DNA from: Mycobacteroides phage 8UZL
Sequence record: OQ988004.1
Length of the DNA: 47,806 nucleotides
Strand: one strand, 5' to 3'
Position 1 is the stretch's first letter. Every line of letters starts with the position of its first letter. Shown in pieces: positions 44,352 to 47,806 of this stretch. A program made the position numbers and the translations under genes. The notes beneath the pieces were generated by a model. It ran no database searches. It was not told the origin of the DNA and saw nothing but the letters and a program-made list of their open reading frames with translations.

Positions 44352-46012
44352 GATATGAGAACCTTTCCAGAGTGGGCTTTCTCTTCCCGGGTCTTCCCGT
44401 AGCCCTGACTGAGTGCATCCATGCGCGCTTTCCACGCAAGAACGAAGGCATATGCCGCGTCTATCTTGTCTGGGGACATCGGATAGGCCTTGTAGAGCAG
44501 ATATCCTCGCGGGGTATCGCGCTTTCGAGCATTGATCAGGTGGCGGCAGAGGTTCGGACTTCCGTCGTGCACCATTTCTCGGGTGGCAATGGCGTCGTGA
44601 GCAGCTTTCACCGCGTCATACACCGACTGGGTCTTCCCACGAGGCCACAACGAGATCGGGTGATTGGTCGTAGCCTTCACTTTGAGCTTGCGGCGGTATC
44701 GAGCTTCCCATTTTGAGACCCATTCCGTCCATCCGGACGGGTCTGCGTAGAAACCGATGACCTTGCAACGCTCAAACCAGAGGTCCACTTCCTCGTCAAC
44801 TTCCAGAACCGGCGGAATCCAGTCCTTTTCGTTGAGCTTTGCCTCCCAGACCTTGCATTCCCACGTGAAACCGTCAGAGACACGGACACCCACGAGCGCC
44901 GTGGCGTCAGGCTTGCCCTTGACACGGCCGCGAGACCCGTCGAAACCGAGAACGATCTCGTCTCGAGGATCCAGCGTCCGGTGCTCGTCGTCGCGGGTAG
45001 CCTTGATGTCCAAGTGAGAGATCCAGGCATCCGCCGACTCAGTGATCTGGTTCAGGAAGTCAGTACGTGAGTCCTCTTCCTCCTGTGTGGGATCATGGAT
45101 CGTCTCGAGGATACGCGGTAGATCGACGTGTCCGGGCGGGCAGGGCGGATCGTGGATCACGCAGCCGTCCGGGTGACCCGAGCTGTCGCCATATGCCACA
45201 CGGAGCCCAGCCATGAGTGAGTCGTCGGAGTCAAAGTCCGTCTCAGGCGGAGCCTCGCGATGGTTGTAGTACAGCCCTTCCGACTTTGCCCGGCCGCGCT
45301 TGATGTCGTCCCAGAACTTCGCTGAGGCCTCCGCAACCGACCCCTCACCGGGAGTGTAGGCGTTCGGCGACTCCAGCGTCGTCCCACCGACCTTCGCGGC
45401 GTTGACTCGCATGGTCCTGGCAAGACGAGGCCCACCGTTAGACGGCACCCACTCCTCCGTCTGATCGAGCACAGCGAAGTGAGCGCGTGCACCCTTGATG
45501 GATCGAGACGAAGCAGTACGGCACTCCATGCGGCCGCGGTTGGGCAGGGCGACGAAGGTCTCCATCGGGTTGACGGAGTACTCGGAGTGGATCGGCGCTT
45601 CCTCACGCAGCATCTCGAGGACGGGGCCCCACGTGTTGGCGGTCTGTTTCTCATCCACTGCGGTGATCTGCACGAGCGGCGTCCGCACCGTCGACCAAGG
45701 ACGGCCGACTGGTTGCCCGTTGGCGTCCCAGCCGTCGAACTTGATCGGCCCAAGGGCCTCCAGGCACGAGATCGCTGCGAGAAAGGGCGACTTGCCCCAT
45801 CCGCGTGATCGGCCGACCACACCGCGGTTGAATCGTCGCGTACCGTCGGGCCAGAGGGCATACCACTCGAGGAGAATGTCTTCCTGCTCGAGGTATGGAA
45901 CGAAAGGCTCGTACTCAGCGCAATCGGGAGCTGCCAGATACTCCTTCATCCACTCAATAGCGATGTACCCCATGGTTGGAATCTCACCGGGTACAGTAGG
46001 CTTCCAGGGCAT
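44348..46012 (-). CDS. terminase large subunit
   Basis: Walker A GVVGRSRGWGKSPF. Acidic nuclease-domain residues in the C-terminal half. 554 aa. Confidence 0.9.
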   Translation of the reverse strand: MPWKPTVPGEIPTMGYIAIEWMKEYLAAPDCAEYEPFVPYLEQEDILLEWYALWPDGTRRFNRGVVGRSRGWGKSPFLAAISCLEALGPIKFDGWDANGQPVGRPWSTVRTPLVQITAVDEKQTANTWGPVLEMLREEAPIHSEYSVNPMETFVALPNRGRMECRTASSRSIKGARAHFAVLDQTEEWVPSNGGPRLARTMRVNAAKVGGTTLESPNAYTPGEGSVAEASAKFWDDIKRGRAKSEGLYYNHREAPPETDFDSDDSLMAGLRVAYGDSSGHPDGCVIHDPPCPPGHVDLPRILETIHDPTQEEEDSRTDFLNQITESADAWISHLDIKATRDDEHRTLDPRDEIVLGFDGSRGRVKGKPDATALVGVRVSDGFTWECKVWEAKLNEKDWIPPVLEVDEEVDLWFERCKVIGFYADPSGWTEWVSKWEARYRRKLKVKATTNHPISLWPRGKTQSVYDAVKAAHDAIATREMVHDGSPNLCRHLINARKRDTPRGYLLYKAYPMSPDKIDAAYAFVLAWKARMDALSQGYGKTREEKAHSGKVLIS

Positions 46013-46533
46013 TACCCGACGTCTGCTGACAATCCGGTCAAGCGTCGGCGATTACCGCGCATAGCGATCTTCTGGTTGAGACGATCCGCCTCTTCCCGAA
46101 CTCGCTTCGCTTCCTCGGCGTTATCGGCCGAGACAACGATGATGCGCAGGCGAGCCCGGTCTTCTGGCGTGACACCGAACTTCGCTTGTCGCTGACGGAG
46201 CTCTCCTGCTGCCTTCGCATCCAGCCCCAGCCAGTGCTTAGCGTGCAGAATCGCTGTATCCAGCAGGTAATCCCAATCGTGCTGCAAGAAGCCCTCGTTG
46301 AGCGCTGAGTCCCTCCAGTGATCCCACCAGTCAACAGTCTGCTGAGGCCACTTGAGCTTCTTGCCTTCCCATGGGAAGTACGCCGGCAACGGGGGCTGAG
46401 GAACAGCCTCGAGCTCCATCACCTTGAAGGGGACTCGCTCGGGGTTCTTGCGGGCACGTGCCGCTGGGTCTTTCCGTGCTACCACTGAGCTGCTCCTTCC
46501 TGCGCGATTGACGACGACCGATTGGCCTGACAC
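46012..46533 (-). CDS. putative terminase small subunit
   Basis: Basic helical protein immediately upstream of the large terminase gene, overlapping it by 1 nt. Start possibly the internal MELEAVPQ. Confidence 0.45.
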   Translation of the reverse strand: MSGQSVVVNRAGRSSSVVARKDPAARARKNPERVPFKVMELEAVPQPPLPAYFPWEGKKLKWPQQTVDWWDHWRDSALNEGFLQHDWDYLLDTAILHAKHWLGLDAKAAGELRQRQAKFGVTPEDRARLRIIVVSADNAEEAKRVREEADRLNQKIAMRGNRRRLTGLSADVG

Positions 46534-46635
46534 TACTGTGACACGTCAAAAATTCGAAGGCAACCTATCGGGCATAACTGCACGTCAGCCCGGGTGTCGC
46601 GGTGCGACAAACCCAGGCGGACGAGTATGTAGCTG

Positions 46636-46959
46636 TCAGGCGATTGCCTTACGGATCGAAGCCTCGGACAGTTTGGCGATAGAGGTCTTCTGCTTGCGGG
46701 TGAGGTCAACGATGGCGATGATCTGATCGTTGGTGTAATCCACACCCAGGTCCTGCAGGCGAGCAATCGCCGCGGGGGCCTGCTTAGGCAGGGGAGCAGG
46801 CAGGAGGTTCGAGCGGTTGATGCCCAGCTCCTCGATGATCTGCTCCTTCTTGGCCTCCACGCGGGCGGCACGCGCCTTGCGGCATTCCTTACGTGCAGCG
46901 GGCGTGAGCGGGTGGCCGCAGTGCTTGTGGGAGAGGCGGGTGTTCGTGTTCGTCGTCAT
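46636..46959 (-). CDS. hypothetical protein (107 aa, starts MTTNTNT)
   Basis: Leaderless context identical to gene 20193-20381. Basic N-terminus. Confidence 0.45.
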   Translation of the reverse strand: MTTNTNTRLSHKHCGHPLTPAARKECRKARAARVEAKKEQIIEELGINRSNLLPAPLPKQAPAAIARLQDLGVDYTNDQIIAIVDLTRKQKTSIAKLSEASIRKAIA

Positions 46960-46965
46960 GCTTAG

Positions 46966-46995
46966 ATCTTAACAGAAGCCTTGGGGGTTGCGCAA
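46966..46995 (-). promoter_or_regulatory. putative leaderless promoter (-35 TTGCGC, 18 nt spacer, -10 TAAGAT, 6 nt, ATG)
   Basis: Minus-sense TTGCGCaacccccaaggcttctgtTAAGATctaagcATG. 15 nt are identical to the element at 20379-20393. Confidence 0.4.
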
Positions 46996-46999
46996 CAGG

Positions 47000-47269
47000 T
47001 TACGTCAGAAGACTTTCGATGATGTCAGGCGTGAAGCGTGGGTCATTGACCTCGTCTCGGTAGATCTCCACGTCTTCGTTGCCGGCGAAGGTGAACTTGC
47101 CGCTGATGTACGTCTTGCCCTTCCAGCCCATGGGCTCGCCGATCACCGGGAGATGCTTCGGGCAGACGACGACGATCCGGACAGTGCCGTTCGGGTGTCG
47201 CGTGAGCGTGAAGATCTTGCGACCGCGGTAGTAGTCACCAGGTACGAGCTCAATGGCTTTGACTTTCAT
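47000..47269 (-). CDS. hypothetical protein (start MKVKAIELV)
   Basis: Internal Met chosen. Upstream codons are Arg-rich and overlap the next gene. Confidence 0.4.
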   Translation of the reverse strand: MKVKAIELVPGDYYRGRKIFTLTRHPNGTVRIVVVCPKHLPVIGEPMGWKGKTYISGKFTFAGNEDVEIYRDEVNDPRFTPDIIESLLT

Positions 47270-47592
47270 CGGGTCACCTGATCCTCGGGCAGCGCGTCCT
47301 GTGCGACGGCCACGAGCACACCAATCTCTTCGTCGGTGTCGTTGTGATGCCACACCACCCGGTAGTAGTGATCGCCGGTGACGGCGCCCGGGTTGAGTTC
47401 GTCGGCGGGTACGAGGGAAAAGTCCTTCATCGAGAGCCCAAGTGGGGAGGTAAGGAAGAGCTTGATGCAGCGGGCCTCGCCCGGGAAGGTGTAGGGGTCA
47501 GGATCAGAGTCTTCGGCTTGGCTAGCAAAGTAGAGCTCGAAGAGCGTGTTGCCAGCGGGTACGTTGTCGGGGGTCCATCCGTTCGTCGTCAT
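47266..47592 (-). CDS. hypothetical protein (start MTTNGWTPD)
   Basis: Starts ATGACGACGAAC, the same opening as three other leftward genes. Confidence 0.4.
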   Translation of the reverse strand: MTTNGWTPDNVPAGNTLFELYFASQAEDSDPDPYTFPGEARCIKLFLTSPLGLSMKDFSLVPADELNPGAVTGDHYYRVVWHHNDTDEEIGVLVAVAQDALPEDQVTR

Positions 47593-47693
47593 GCCATCAG
47601 TATATCGGACCTCGCCCAAGCGCCGCAAGGGTGGGCGCCGTCAGCAAAGAATCTGGCTAGCCCAGCAAACAAACCCCAGCGCCGCAGATCAAG

Positions 47694-47806
47694 CCAGGTG
47701 CGGCACCGGGGCCTGTCATCGCCCCAGGTCAGAGAGCAAACCCCCAGGTCAAAGCTCTGACGAGACCGTAGCCAGGTTTAGCGCGTAGCGGCTTTGGCGC
47801 TAAACC
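47694..47806. repeat. CCAGGT(C) direct repeats (x4) plus a terminal 10-bp inverted repeat GGTTTAGCGC / GCGCTAAACC
   Basis: Read directly. CCCCAGGTCA.AG repeats at ~47722 and ~47742 with a 20-bp period. The inverted repeat lies at 47775-47784 and 47797-47806. Confidence 0.55.

Noticed and set aside
1-47806. Integrase, immunity repressor, CRISPR array, tRNA genes
   Set aside because: No tyrosine or serine recombinase motifs, no spaced direct-repeat array, and no tRNA-like cloverleaf signatures were recognised by eye. Absence cannot be proven without tRNAscan- or HMM-type searches.
1-47806. Complete 7-deazaguanine DNA-modification cluster (FolE, QueD, QueE, DpdA) accompanying the QueC-like gene
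   Set aside because: No radical-SAM CxxxCxxC protein, PTPS-like protein, GTP cyclohydrolase or TGT/DpdA-like TIM-barrel protein was recognisable among the ORFs. Only the lone QueC homolog is supported.

Overview
The window reads as a complete or near-complete ~47.8 kb high-GC tailed-phage genome, a siphovirus-type actinobacteriophage. A lysin B (mycolylarabinogalactan esterase) points to a mycolic-acid host such as Mycobacterium, Gordonia or Rhodococcus. No integrase or repressor was recognised, so it is probably lytic. There are three transcription blocks. (1) 942-7790, minus strand: small early genes (HNH endonuclease, Zn-ribbon proteins, a secreted protein) ending in a primase-polymerase/helicase. 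(2) 7824-19431, plus strand: replication, nucleotide metabolism and recombination genes (SNF2 helicase, Tmk-like kinase, MazG-like, two ThyA-fold paralogs, dCMP deaminase, PolA with a UDG-like N-domain, Cas4-like nuclease, Sak4-like ATPase, SSB-like, VRR-NUC), closed by a bidirectional terminator. (3) 47628-19490, minus strand: three small genes, terminase small and large subunits, portal, MuF-like, scaffold, capsid, head-tail connectors, major tail protein, a QueC-like gene, frameshifted tail chaperones, a 1149-aa tape measure protein, minor tail proteins, a lysis cassette (lysin A, holin-like, lysin B), then small DNA-binding genes each with its own promoter and terminator. Two things suggest a nucleic-acid modification system. 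The first is a T4-like pyrimidine cassette (kinase, MazG NTP-pyrophosphatase, two thymidylate-synthase-fold enzymes, dCMP deaminase) immediately upstream of PolA. The second is a lone QueC-like PP-loop/Zn enzyme inside the tail gene module. Other observations: an iteron cluster plus AT palindrome next to the primase gene (putative origin), recurring leaderless promoter architecture with a conserved TCTAAGCA/ACGACGACGAA element, M15 peptidase motifs in both the tape measure and lysin A, a lysin B with an odd hydrophobic C-terminal extension, and repeat structures at both window ends. Motif coordinates were derived by hand from the ORF table and may be off by 1-2 nt.
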